This document shows, one piece after another, positions 10,307 through 23,817 of a stretch of DNA of 64,000 bases. The notes beneath the pieces are model-generated. The model was not told the DNA's origin. It did no database searches and saw nothing but the letters and a program-made list of their open reading frames with translations. Where the stretch lies: positions 96,001-160,000 of the forward strand of contig CAWCXJ010000001.1 of NCBI GenBank assembly GCA_963799485.1, given 5' to 3'. Source of the DNA: an uncultured Trueperaceae bacterium. GTDB lineage: Bacteria; Deinococcota; Deinococci; Deinococcales; Trueperaceae. A program made the position numbers and the translations under genes. How positions within the stretch are numbered: position 1 is the stretch's first letter; every line of letters starts with the position of its first letter.

Positions 10307-10697
10307 ACCTGCAAGGATACCGCACCTGCCGTAAACGTAAAGAAGCCGGCGGCGTAACGGCGGATGCTGTGGTGCTGGAAGGTGCCGGAAGCGGACATTT
10401 TTGTTGGGAGAGGCCGGTCGTGGCTCACCGCCAAATGACCGCCAAATGACAATAATTACGCTACCCATCTTCAGGGGGCCGCAACCCCTCGCTCAAAGCT
10501 CTACCGCAGTTTAGAGCGCTATAAAGCCGCGAGTAAACACTGCCCGTTTTAGACGTAGCTGTGCGACCTTAAAGCCGATTTCGCCGAAATGTCGTGCGCG
10601 CCGACCCTGCTGCTCTCTGTGGTCTGTATCTTCGTGGTCTGTATCCGTGAGCCCACAGTCGGCCCCGCAACCCTCAGCAGAAGCCGGTCACCAAGCG

Positions 10698-10973
10698 CTA
10701 GGCTTCAGCGACACCCGGCTCGAGCATCAGCGTCCGGTTGCCCATGACAAACCCACCTTTTACGGCGTTGCCGGCCTCGCTGTCAACCATACGCCCTTGC
10801 CAAAAGGTGCCGCCGCTATGGGTCGCAACTTTATACGCAACGAAACGGTCGCGGAAGATCAGCAGCTTGGTCGGGCCGTTGTCAATCTGTGTAGCGAGCT
10901 CGACCTGTTCAGCCGAGAGTTTAAGCGCCTGCGCCGGGTTGACTTCTACAATGTAGCGAGTTGACAGCATCAC
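10698..10973 (-). CDS. Hypothetical protein, 91 aa
   Basis: AGGGGG RBS-like sequence and AT-rich upstream region; no family recognised. Confidence 0.55.
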   Translation of the reverse strand: MMLSTRYIVEVNPAQALKLSAEQVELATQIDNGPTKLLIFRDRFVAYKVATHSGGTFWQGRMVDSEAGNAVKGGFVMGNRTLMLEPGVAEA

Positions 10974-11154
10974 GACCCCCTAAAAAGTAACTGAGTTTAA
11001 GTGTAAACAACTTACAGCTGTACCAGAAGCGTGTATACAGAAAATTAGTACACAACCTCATGTGTAAGCCTATTCACTGCTTGCTGTTTCGACCGGTAAA
11101 ATACTTAAAACCACCGCCAGAAGTTGCATAAACTTTCTTTGGTAAGTGCGAAGC

Positions 11155-14716
<3,562 letters not shown>

Positions 14717-14720
<4 letters not shown>

Positions 14721-15280
14721 CCCCTTTTGCCCCCATCGACATTCTCCTTCCGCTGCTCTGGCTGTTTATCGTCGTGGTGTCGGCGCAGCGGGGCTTGGTC
14801 GGGCTGATTGCCGGGCTTGCCGGGGCCGTGTTTCTCAAACCGCTGCTGCTGGTTGCAAACTACAGTGCGCCGCTCGCGCTCGTGGTGGCGCTTTTGCTCG
14901 GCTTTCTAGTGACGATGTTGGTGCGGCCTTTTCCCAACCTGAGTTACCGCCAACCGCGCTGGGGCTACTTGTTAGGGACGCTCGGCGGCGCGGTTTTGGG
15001 AACCGCGCTCGTGTTAACGCTGCTCGTTTCTTTGCCCATGGGCCGTGACTTAAGCGGGGCGGTGCGTTATCCCGACAAAGAGATGCCCTTTGCAGCGTTG
15101 TTCGAGCGCTCACGCCTGGTTTCGTTCGGACGTGCTATTTTGCTGTATCCGCTGCTCGAGCAGAGCGGTGAGATTGCCCCCGCGAACCGGGGCGTCTTAA
15201 ACGCGCTGCACACGATGTTCGTTGTCGGGCAGCCGTGGGAGGAGGGCGAGGGAAGACTCTCGGGAAAGCGCAAGCCCTGA
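14717..15280 (+). CDS. Hypothetical membrane protein (weakly CvpA-like)
   Basis: Four hydrophobic segments; ATGA coupling to pheT. Confidence 0.7.
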
Positions 15281-15370
15281 TTTGCGGCAGGTTTTAGCTT
15301 ATCTAGTGAGCCGGTTATAAGCGCTACACCTCTAGAGGTTATGCGTTCCAAGCCGGTTTTATAAGCCGAT

Positions 15371-15660
15371 ACCGTTAGCGCCACGAGTGCTGGCTGCAAG
15401 TCAGGTGACGAGGTGGAGGGCTTTTACCCCCGGACACGCATATATATTGCGTTCGGGTGGTAAAAGATAAGGTAACGGTTGACGGCGCTATCATCCCGAA
15501 CCGTACCGAAAATGCGAAGCTGTCTGCGGGCCCCTCCCGTCTTTTGATGCTCGAGTCCTGCCGGAATCCCAACCGGCGCAAAAAGTCGTTACGAAAACCG
15601 GTAGAAAAACCTGAAGGCGTGCCTGTGAGGTCAGCGGCCTGTAGGTATTGTGTGGCTGCG
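15371..15660 (+). ncRNA. glmS ribozyme variant with internal insertion; 3' boundary approximate
   Basis: AGCGCC (15377-82), P1 CTGGCT/AGTCAG, TGACGAGG (15406-13), GGAGGG pairing with CCCTCC near 15532, ACCGAA...TCTGCGGG; sits in the glmS leader. Confidence 0.75.
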
Positions 15661-15715
15661 TCTAAACACGCGCAGACCTTGTTGTTGATAGCAGATGTTG
15701 ATATAGGAGACTTTT

Positions 15716-17536
15716 ATGTGTGGCATCGTGGGTTATGTAGGACACCGCCAGGCGGCGGAGGTAATTCTAGACGGGCTCAAAAGGCTCGAGTACCGGGGCT
15801 ACGACTCCGCCGGGGTCGTGATTTCAGGCAAAAACGAAGACGCGCTTCAGGTGACCAAAAGGGCCGGAAAGCTCAAGGTTCTAGCCGCCGCGCTGCAAAC
15901 CAAACCGCTCGCCGGCACGCTCGGCCTCGGTCATACACGCTGGGCGACGCACGGCAAACCCAACGACGTCAACGCGCATCCGCATCTGTCCGAAGACGGC
16001 AAGCTCGCGGTGATTCATAACGGCATCATCGAAAACTACCTGCCGCTCAAGTCGCGGTTGCAAACAGCAGGTCACGTCTTCGCTTCCGAGACCGACACCG
16101 AGGTCATAGTTCACCTCATCGAAGCGCACTATCAGGGCGATCTGGTCGCGGCGGTGCGGAGCGCCCTGCGCGAGGTAACGGGCGCGTACGCGCTCGTGGT
16201 GTCGCACAAAGACCACGACCTGATTGTCGCCGCCAGAGCCACCAGCCCGATGGTTCTGGGTCTCGGCGACGGCGAGACCTTCGTCGCCAGCGACGTACCG
16301 GCGCTCTTGCCGTATACCCGCGAGGTCGTGTTCCTGCACGACGGTGATATGGCGCTGTTGACCCGGGACGGCGTGACGATTACCGACTTCGGCGGCAACG
16401 TGTTGGCGCGCAGCAGCACTACCATCGATTGGGACGCGGAAGCGGCGGAAAAGGCCGGCTTCGAGCACTTTATGCTCAAGGAAATCTACGAGCAGCCCAC
16501 GGTGTTGCAAAACACGCTCGGCGGGCGCTTTGCTGCTAACGGGGCGGACGTGCAGCTGGGGCTGAAGCTCGATCCGAACGACATCGACCGGGTGGTCGTG
16601 AGCGCGTGCGGCACCGCCTACTACTCGGGCATGGTCGGCGAGTATCTGATCGAAAAGCTCGCGCGTATCCCCGTAGACGTCGAGATTGCCAGCGAGTTTC
16701 GTTACCGCGAGCCGGTCTTGAATGACCGCACGCTCTGCGTGGTGGTGTCGCAGTCGGGCGAGACGATCGATACGCTCGAGGCCCTCCGCGAAGCCAAAAC
16801 CCAGGGCGCAAAAACACTCGCCATCCTGAACTCGAAAGGCTCATCCATCAGCCGCGAGGCCGACGACGTTCTTTACATCCACGCCGGCCCGGAAATCGGC
16901 GTCGCCAGCACCAAAGCCTATACCGCGATGGTCGCGGCGTTTGAACTGTTGGCCATCTTTTTAGGCCGCGCCAAGGGTGCGCTCAGCGGTGAACGCGCCG
17001 CCGAACTCATCAGCGCCTTGCGGCAGCTGCCGGTTTTGGTCGAAGAGACGCTGCAAACCCGCGCCGAAGTCGCCCGGATTGCCGAGACCTACAAAGACAA
17101 GCGTGACTACCTCTTTCTGGGCCGGGGTGCGAACTATCCAACGGCTTTGGAGGGTGCGCTCAAACTCAAAGAAATCTCGTACATCCACGCCGAAGCCTAC
17201 GCCACCGGCGAGATGAAACACGGCCCGATTGCGCTCATCGATTCGGACATGCCGGTCGTAGCGGTCGCTACCGCCTCGGCCTTGTATGACAAAACCATCT
17301 CGAACTTGCAAGAGGTGCGGGCCAGGGACGGCATCGTGATTGCTCTGGCCAGCGAAGGCGACACCCGCATCGCCGCGCACGCCGACGCTGTGATCTATGT
17401 CCCGGCAACCCTCGAGCTCGTCTCACCGATTGTCAACGTGGTGGCGCTCCAGCTTTTGGCTTACGAAACCGCTGCGCGGCTCGGGCGCGATGTTGACCAG
17501 CCGCGTAATCTGGCCAAGAGCGTCACGGTCGAGTAA
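15716..17536 (+). CDS. glmS: Glutamine-fructose-6-phosphate aminotransferase
   Basis: MCGIVG, LEYRGYDSAG, GHTRWATHG, SQSGET, PRNLAKSVTVE. Confidence 0.99.
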   Translation: MCGIVGYVGHRQAAEVILDGLKRLEYRGYDSAGVVISGKNEDALQVTKRAGKLKVLAAALQTKPLAGTLGLGHTRWATHGKPNDVNAHPHLSEDGKLAVIHNGIIENYLPLKSRLQTAGHVFASETDTEVIVHLIEAHYQGDLVAAVRSALREVTGAYALVVSHKDHDLIVAARATSPMVLGLGDGETFVASDVPALLPYTREVVFLHDGDMALLTRDGVTITDFGGNVLARSSTTIDWDAEAAEKAGFEHFMLKEIYEQPTVLQNTLGGRFAANGADVQLGLKLDPNDIDRVVVSACGTAYYSGMVGEYLIEKLARIPVDVEIASEFRYREPVLNDRTLCVVVSQSGETIDTLEALREAKTQGAKTLAILNSKGSSISREADDVLYIHAGPEIGVASTKAYTAMVAAFELLAIFLGRAKGALSGERAAELISALRQLPVLVEETLQTRAEVARIAETYKDKRDYLFLGRGANYPTALEGALKLKEISYIHAEAYATGEMKHGPIALIDSDMPVVAVATASALYDKTISNLQEVRARDGIVIALASEGDTRIAAHADAVIYVPATLELVSPIVNVVALQLLAYETAARLGRDVDQPRNLAKSVTVE

Positions 17537-17546
17537 ACAGCACGCT

Positions 17547-17587
17547 ATATGAAAAGAGGTCGGTGTGAAACCGACCTCTTTTCATAT
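17547..17587. terminator. Bidirectional intrinsic terminator
   Basis: 18-bp perfect inverted repeat ATATGAAAAGAGGTCGGT/ACCGACCTCTTTTCATAT between convergent genes. Confidence 0.9.
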
Positions 17588-17608
17588 TCTTTTTAGGCGC
17601 ATGACCGT

Positions 17609-18610
17609 TTACCAGGCGTAAGCTTCAGGAACCGGGCCGGGGCCGAGTTTACGGCCCCTGTTGATGCTGAATATCTCGTCAAGGCGGGTCATGACGCCCG
17701 GCTCGAGCCTCAACCCTGCAGCCTCCTCTAAACCGTCTAACTGCTCGACTTTCCGCACACCGACGATTGCTGAAGCTACCGCCGGATTCTGCAAAACCCA
17801 GGCCGTCGCTACCACGTGTTCACGCACGCCCAAACCCTTGCACAGCGCAGAAAACTGCGTAAACTGGTCATTGCCTTCGCCCAATTTGATGTCGTACTCT
17901 TCCTCTAACTGCTTGGTGCGTGAGCCTTCAGCCGCGCTCACCTTACCGGTTAAGAGTCCGCCCGCGAGCGGCATATAGGCGATGACGCCGATGCCGAAGT
18001 CTTGTGCGGCGGGCAATACCTCCAGCTCGGGAATCCGGTTGAGCAGATTGTACTGCGTCTGCTCGGAGACGAAGCCGAGAGAGCCGCGTTGCCACGCCTG
18101 CGACTGCATTTTGGCGAGTCCCCAACCGGGAAAGTTGCTCGAGCCCGCGTAGAGCACGTCCCCGTCTGCAATCATCTTTTCATACGTGCCCCAAAACTCC
18201 TCAGAAGAGACGCGGCGGTCGATGTGGTGAACCTGATAGAGGTCGATGCGGTCGGTTTGGAGCCGCCCCAACGACTCCGCGACCTGCTTTCGCGCCTTGT
18301 ACGCCGAAAATCCGGCCTCGTCGTTAGGGACATGGCCTTTTTGCATCGGATTATAGAGCTTGGTTGCTAAAACAACCTGGTCGCGGACTTCGGGCCGACG
18401 CGCAAACCAGCTGCCGATAATCTTTTCCGAGCGGCCTTTGTCGTCACCGCCGTAAACGTTCGCCGTGTCGATAAAGTTGATGTCCATTTCCAACGTCCGG
18501 TCGAGTATTTTATGCGACTCCTCTTCGGACGCATACGGCCCGAAGTGCATGGTGCCTAGGCAAATCTTGCTGACCGTCAGGTTCGAGCGGCCCAGTTTGG
18601 TGTATTCCAT
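17609..18610 (-). CDS. Aldo/keto reductase
   Basis: LGRSNLTVSKICLGTM, FIDTANVYG, VLATK, SLGRLQTDRIDLYQVH, YMPLAGGLL. Confidence 0.93.
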   Translation of the reverse strand: MEYTKLGRSNLTVSKICLGTMHFGPYASEEESHKILDRTLEMDINFIDTANVYGGDDKGRSEKIIGSWFARRPEVRDQVVLATKLYNPMQKGHVPNDEAGFSAYKARKQVAESLGRLQTDRIDLYQVHHIDRRVSSEEFWGTYEKMIADGDVLYAGSSNFPGWGLAKMQSQAWQRGSLGFVSEQTQYNLLNRIPELEVLPAAQDFGIGVIAYMPLAGGLLTGKVSAAEGSRTKQLEEEYDIKLGEGNDQFTQFSALCKGLGVREHVVATAWVLQNPAVASAIVGVRKVEQLDGLEEAAGLRLEPGVMTRLDEIFSINRGRKLGPGPVPEAYAW

Positions 18611-18649
18611 CCGTTCTCCTCTAGTAAGTACGTCTTTCGTTACGGATTG

Positions 18650-18680
18650 AGTATATGAGTCAGAGCAAACTCTAAGTCAA
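18650..18680 (-). promoter_or_regulatory. Promoter with 19-bp spacer and MerR-family dyad
   Basis: Minus strand TTGACT-19 nt-TATACT; spacer carries TTAGAG-TTTG-CTCTGA. Confidence 0.7.
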
Positions 18681-18714
18681 ATTTTGCGCCTTTTCTCGAA
18701 CTTGTCTTCCTCGC

Positions 18715-19587
18715 TTAACAACTCGCTAAAAAGTGTCTCGAGGCCAGCAGACCGGCTTTTTCCGTGTCCTCTTCACCGTTGAAAAAATGGTCCTCCAACT
18801 CGACACAGACGCAGCCCCCGTAACCAGCCTCAGCCAGCATTTCAAATGCCCGCTGCCAGCGCATGACGCCGTGACCGGGAATCGTATAGCGCCAGAACGA
18901 CCCACTAAAACGCGGAGGTTTGGCAAAGAGCGGTTTCTGCTCCGTCCCGTATTCGTACTGCAACTCACTAAAGATTTCGGTGTCTTTGGCGTGAACGTGA
19001 TAGACGCGCCCGACAAACTCGCCCAAAAACCGCAGCGGGTCGATGCCCATACGCAGCAGGTGCGACGGGTCGTAATTGACGCCCATTGCCGGAGACGGAC
19101 ACGCTTTAAAAAAGGCGCGGTACGATTCAGGCGTGCAGCAGAGGGCTCCGGGGCCGGGCCAGCCTTCGATGACCACTTTGGCGTTGTGCGTCTCGAGCGT
19201 CGGTGCCAGCGCACCGTAACTTTCGACCATCGCCGTAAAAACCTCTTGCGGCGGGTTGTTCGGGTTTTCCGGGAGCATCACGACAAAGTGGTTGAGCGGC
19301 CCTGCGGCGGCGCATTCCTCAACGTAGGTTTGGTTACGCGCTACCGCGTTGCGGCGTTTTTCTGGGTCGGGCGAGAGCATCCCCGACCACTCGAGCAGGT
19401 CAACTGAACCCGATCTCAGACCGGCAGCGGTCACAGCAGCGACGTTTTCAGGACTTTTGCCGGTGTCTAAAGCACTAAAATCGTTTTCTTGCGCCCAGGT
19501 GATGAGTCCCTGAACATCTTGACTCCACGCCGACAGCGGCGCGTAGCGAAATCCTACCGGAAAGTTTCCGGTGGCCGTTTGACTCAT
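18715..19587 (-). CDS. Sugar phosphate isomerase/epimerase (xylose isomerase-like TIM barrel)
   Basis: VIEGW, NYDPSHL, HVHAKD, IPGHG, CVELED; AAGGAG RBS before ATG 19587. Confidence 0.88.
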   Translation of the reverse strand: MSQTATGNFPVGFRYAPLSAWSQDVQGLITWAQENDFSALDTGKSPENVAAVTAAGLRSGSVDLLEWSGMLSPDPEKRRNAVARNQTYVEECAAAGPLNHFVVMLPENPNNPPQEVFTAMVESYGALAPTLETHNAKVVIEGWPGPGALCCTPESYRAFFKACPSPAMGVNYDPSHLLRMGIDPLRFLGEFVGRVYHVHAKDTEIFSELQYEYGTEQKPLFAKPPRFSGSFWRYTIPGHGVMRWQRAFEMLAEAGYGGCVCVELEDHFFNGEEDTEKAGLLASRHFLASC

Positions 19588-19597
19588 ACTGTCTCCT

Positions 19598-20626
19598 TCA
19601 CAGAACACTTTGTAAGGGCGCAGTCTGCTGCCAGCCTTCGGCGCTTTGGGTCGCTTTGAGGATGAGCTCGAGCACGGCCCGCCCATCCTCCGCGCCGTGA
19701 AGCGGCTGCGTGCCGTCCCGCAAACAGTCAACAAAGTAACCAATTTCTTCGGTAAAGGTGCTCTCGATATTAGGTAAGACACGCTCCGCAGGTGTAGCAA
19801 ACCCGGTCGGGCGGTAGTAAAGGATGTTGCTCGAGCCGAACAACTCTCCTTTATCCCCCACCAGATGCAGTTTGTGCGTTCCGTAGGGCAGCGGCATCGC
19901 CCACGAGGTAAAAATCTCGCCGAGGACGCCGTTTTGAAAGCGAACCTGCACGCTCGCGGTGTCTTCTCCCTCGATTCTCATATGAAAGCGGCTCATGCTG
20001 CCGCGAACCGCCGCGAGCGGTGCGCCTGCCAGATAGAGCAGCAGGTACGCCGGATGATAGCCGGTATCGATGAGTTCGCCGCCGCCCTGTGAGGCGACGC
20101 TGCCACGCCAGGTACCGTGCATTGCGGTTGCGGGCGGAACGTAAAAGTCCTGTGTCCGGAGCCAGCGGAGTTGCCCAATTAGACCTTCATCCAGTAACCG
20201 TTTGGCCTCCCGCACGACCGGGGTGAAGAGCTGATTGTGGGCCGACATGTAGGTGACGCCCGAACGCGCGACCGCTGCTACGATCGTGTCCGCTTCGGCA
20301 AGCGTCGTACACATCGGTTTTTCGCAGAGGATGTGTTTTCCCGCTGCCGCTGCCGCCAGAATTGCCGGGGCGTGCAGCCGGTGCGGCAGTGCGATGATTA
20401 CGGCGTCCAAACCTTGCTGTTCAGCGAGCAGCGTGTTCCAATCGTGATAGAGCGCCGGACTAGTGCCGAGCTGCGCGGCGCGGAGAGAAAGCGCCGCATC
20501 CGATACGTCGCAGAGGGCGACGCACTCGAGTTTATCCGCATGTGCCAGCATTCCGGCAACATGAACCCGCGCGATACTGCCCGCACCGAGCAGGGCGACT
20601 TTGAGTTTTCTTACGTCACTTGTCAT
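19598..20626 (-). CDS. Gfo/Idh/MocA-family oxidoreductase
   Basis: ALLGAGSIA, GKHILCEKP, GGGELIDTGYH. Confidence 0.92.
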   Translation of the reverse strand: MTSDVRKLKVALLGAGSIARVHVAGMLAHADKLECVALCDVSDAALSLRAAQLGTSPALYHDWNTLLAEQQGLDAVIIALPHRLHAPAILAAAAAGKHILCEKPMCTTLAEADTIVAAVARSGVTYMSAHNQLFTPVVREAKRLLDEGLIGQLRWLRTQDFYVPPATAMHGTWRGSVASQGGGELIDTGYHPAYLLLYLAGAPLAAVRGSMSRFHMRIEGEDTASVQVRFQNGVLGEIFTSWAMPLPYGTHKLHLVGDKGELFGSSNILYYRPTGFATPAERVLPNIESTFTEEIGYFVDCLRDGTQPLHGAEDGRAVLELILKATQSAEGWQQTAPLQSVL

Positions 20627-20627
20627 C

Positions 20628-23600
20628 TTAGTCCTGTGCCGGGGTGAGTTTGAGGGTAACGATTTCAAAAGGTTTGAGGTCGAAAGTGACGGAATTGCCC
20701 TGAACCTCGAGGGTCTCGCGGCCCTGCTCGAGCAGATTCGTCCGTTCGGCTGTTGCCAGAGTAAAGCCGACTGTCAGCGTGACCGGCCCGCGCTGCCGCT
20801 GCGACTCGTAAAGCCGCACGACAATCCCCGAACCGTCTTCAGCGTGTTTTACGGTTTCGATGACGGCGTTGGGTCGGTTTACGGCTAAAAAGCTCGTCGG
20901 CGCAGCCGCTTCGCCGCTCGCTTTAACAGCTAAAAGCGGGTCGTTGAGTGCGTAGGCGGCTTTGATAGTCGTTTCACCCACCGCGCCTGCGTGCGGCAGC
21001 AAGCTGTAGGTGAAGATGTGCCGGCCCTGGTCGGCTTCGGGGTCGGGTGCGGTCGGACTCCGTAACAGAGAGAGCCGCACCGTGCCGCCCTGCACGTCGT
21101 TGCCGTATTTACAGTCGTTTAAGAGGCTGACGCCGTAATCGGACTCGGACACGTCTACCCACTTTTGTGCGCAGGTTTCAAAGCGTGCCCAGTCCCACGA
21201 AGTGTTGCGGTGCGTCGGGCGCTGCACACTGCCCCACTGGATTTCGTGCGTGGCAACCGGCGACAAGATAGGCGTCGGAAAGGCGACTTTGAGCAGGGTA
21301 TGCCGCTCTCGCCAGTCTATTTCAGTCGTAATATCCAACTGAGGGCTGTTATAGCTGAGGGACAAACGCTGGGTGTAGGGGCTGTGCAAAATCCGCCGTT
21401 TAATCTCTACCGTCGCGCGTAACGGCCCTTGTTCAATTACCCTCACCGCTGAGGCCGGTTCAGCGTAGTAGACCTTATCGTCGTAAAAGATATCTACGTC
21501 CCACGCGTCCCAGGCGTTGGGTCGGTCTTCAAACGCTAGAAACTCGTTGCCTTTGGCACCTTCAGCCAAGACTTCACGGTTGGTGGTTTTGTCGAAGACC
21601 CTGGTCAAATCCCCTTCGGCGCTCAGTTCAACCCGGATGAAGGTGTTTTCAAGCTGGGTTTCACTTACGCTCAGCTCGGGTACAGGCGTATCGGTCTCAT
21701 CCCCGCTTCTCAGGGGTGTGGCGCTGTAGGGCTCGAGCCTGCCTGCCGCCAGCAGCGTTCCGCCCTCGACCGCTTGCGTCAACACCGGCAAGCCGTCGGC
21801 GCGCCGTAAAGCCCCCACCGTCTCGGCAACCAAGACCAAATCGTCGCGCACAAACGAAGTCGGGTTGACGACCACGACTTCACCGCCCATGTTTTGCGCG
21901 ATAACCGTTAGGGCAGAGTCCCTGGCCCCCTCGCCTAAAGCCTTGACTTCTTCGTACTGTTCCAGAGATTCGGTATAGACCTCGCCGATGCTGCTGCCGG
22001 GGATGATGTCGTGAAACTGGTTCAGGCACACCAGCTCCCACGCTCTGCCGAGGTCGGTTTTGGGGTAGCTGTAACTTTTGTCCAATGTGCTTGCCAAAGA
22101 AGCCAAAAACTCGGCGTCGTGGAGCAAAAACTCGCTTTTACGGTTCGCACGTTTGTTACGGCTCTGCGTGGTGTAGGTGCCCCGGTGCAGCTCGAGGTAC
22201 AGCTCGCCGTTCCAGGTTGGCAGGTGCTCGCCGGAGGTCTTCATAAGCCCCTCGAAAAAACTTTTTGCGGTGCTAAAGCGCATCTGCGGTTGCGCCGGAA
22301 AGTCTTGCATCAAGGTAATGTTTTCTAACATTTCGCGCGTCGGGCCGCCGCCGCCGTCACCGTAACCATAGGCCATAAAGAGGTCTTGCGCGGCGTCTTT
22401 TTGCTGGAAATTGCGCCAGGTACCGAGGTTTTGCGCGGGCGTTGCCGCCGCGTTGTAGGTACTCGCGTGTGGGCCGGTGGGGTCGGGGGTCGTTGAAAAG
22501 TGCGTCAAGACTTTGGTGCCGTCCAACCCTTGCCAGTAAAACGAATCGTAGGGGAGACGGTTGTACTGGCTCCAGCCGATTTTGATGGTGAAGAAATACT
22601 CCAAACCCGCTTCCTTGATGAGCTGCGGCAGGTTCCAGGCGTAGCCGAACACGTCGGGGAGCCACAAGATAGGCGAATCGACCTCACCAAAGTGTTCCTT
22701 ATAAAACGCTCGCCCCAGCACGAACTGCCGCGCCAGCGACTCGGAACCCGACAAGTTGCAGTCGGCTTCAATCCACATCCCGCCCAGGGTTTCCCAGCGG
22801 CCTTCGGCGACCCGTTTTTTGATGTCCTCGAACAGCTCGGGGTAATCTTGCCGCACGTAGTCGTAAAGCTGCGGCTGACTCTGCGAAAAGGTGTAGTCGG
22901 GAAACTCTTCCATGAGCCGCGTCACGGTGTGAAAGGTGCGCCCGGCTTTACGGCGCGTCTGCGAGAGCGTCCAGAGCCACGCCACGTCGATGTGGGCGTG
23001 TCCGGCGGCGGCGACCGTCACCGCTTCGGCGGGGCCGGCTTGGGCAATTCCGGCTTTGAGCGTGTCTAAAGCGCCGGGGACGCTGCCGTAAAAGGCGTCG
23101 TGGTCGGGCTCGTTTTGGTCTATTGCGCGGGTCTCGAGTCTCTTGAACGCCTCATCGAGCGCGTTAAGCAGGTGTCCTTTCGCCGGGTCGTTGTCGTCCA
23201 GATGATTGGCTGTCGCGAGCGCAACCCGTGCCAAATTGACGAACTCGCGGGTGGTGGGCCCCAACTGCACGACGCTGCATTCGCGCAGATATAAGCGCCG
23301 GTCTTCGGCGTAGTTGATACCCGTCCAACCGTGCAGCGCCAGCTCATGCGTGCCCCTTACGCCGTCCGGCAACCGCACCTCCTGGTGATGGCGGTCGGCG
23401 GCGGCGTAAGGCGTGGCGTCCAGGTAGACGAGCGTTTCCGGGTGGCTGAAGTCGCCCGCTTCACCGAGCGGCAAGTAGAGCGCGACGGGTAAGCTGCTGT
23501 CCCAGCTTTCCGGCACCGTAAACGAACTGCGAATCATAAACTCGGTGCGGGGTGCGCCCCAGTACGAGCCGAACGGCATCGTTTCCCAGTCCGAGGTAGT

Positions 23601-23759
23601 GGTGTTGAGGAGGGGGGGCTCGAGCGGAGAGTCCAGCTTTTTATACTTGAACGTTTTCAGGGGGGCGTGGCGGCGGTAGACGAGCGGGACGATGAATTTA
23701 AGGCGTTTCTCGAGCTTTTCGGCGGTATGACGAACGCTGTGATGGGCACTGTGACGCAA
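20628..23759 (-). CDS. Alpha-mannosidase, GH38
   Basis: GHAHIDVAWLW, WLPDVFG, YGYGDGGGGP, ELYLELHRG, NQFHDIIPGS. Confidence 0.95.
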   Translation of the reverse strand: MRHSAHHSVRHTAEKLEKRLKFIVPLVYRRHAPLKTFKYKKLDSPLEPPLLNTTTSDWETMPFGSYWGAPRTEFMIRSSFTVPESWDSSLPVALYLPLGEAGDFSHPETLVYLDATPYAAADRHHQEVRLPDGVRGTHELALHGWTGINYAEDRRLYLRECSVVQLGPTTREFVNLARVALATANHLDDNDPAKGHLLNALDEAFKRLETRAIDQNEPDHDAFYGSVPGALDTLKAGIAQAGPAEAVTVAAAGHAHIDVAWLWTLSQTRRKAGRTFHTVTRLMEEFPDYTFSQSQPQLYDYVRQDYPELFEDIKKRVAEGRWETLGGMWIEADCNLSGSESLARQFVLGRAFYKEHFGEVDSPILWLPDVFGYAWNLPQLIKEAGLEYFFTIKIGWSQYNRLPYDSFYWQGLDGTKVLTHFSTTPDPTGPHASTYNAAATPAQNLGTWRNFQQKDAAQDLFMAYGYGDGGGGPTREMLENITLMQDFPAQPQMRFSTAKSFFEGLMKTSGEHLPTWNGELYLELHRGTYTTQSRNKRANRKSEFLLHDAEFLASLASTLDKSYSYPKTDLGRAWELVCLNQFHDIIPGSSIGEVYTESLEQYEEVKALGEGARDSALTVIAQNMGGEVVVVNPTSFVRDDLVLVAETVGALRRADGLPVLTQAVEGGTLLAAGRLEPYSATPLRSGDETDTPVPELSVSETQLENTFIRVELSAEGDLTRVFDKTTNREVLAEGAKGNEFLAFEDRPNAWDAWDVDIFYDDKVYYAEPASAVRVIEQGPLRATVEIKRRILHSPYTQRLSLSYNSPQLDITTEIDWRERHTLLKVAFPTPILSPVATHEIQWGSVQRPTHRNTSWDWARFETCAQKWVDVSESDYGVSLLNDCKYGNDVQGGTVRLSLLRSPTAPDPEADQGRHIFTYSLLPHAGAVGETTIKAAYALNDPLLAVKASGEAAAPTSFLAVNRPNAVIETVKHAEDGSGIVVRLYESQRQRGPVTLTVGFTLATAERTNLLEQGRETLEVQGNSVTFDLKPFEIVTLKLTPAQD

Positions 23760-23817
23760 CGGTTTCTCCTAAATCGGGTGGTGATATTTCTGAACGGGCG
23801 GTAGACTGTCCCCGGCG

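Noticed and set aside
9561..10468. Long N-terminal extensions on the peptidase and TpiA in the ORF track
   Set aside because: They overlap tpiA or its promoter; better starts are at 9560 and 10306
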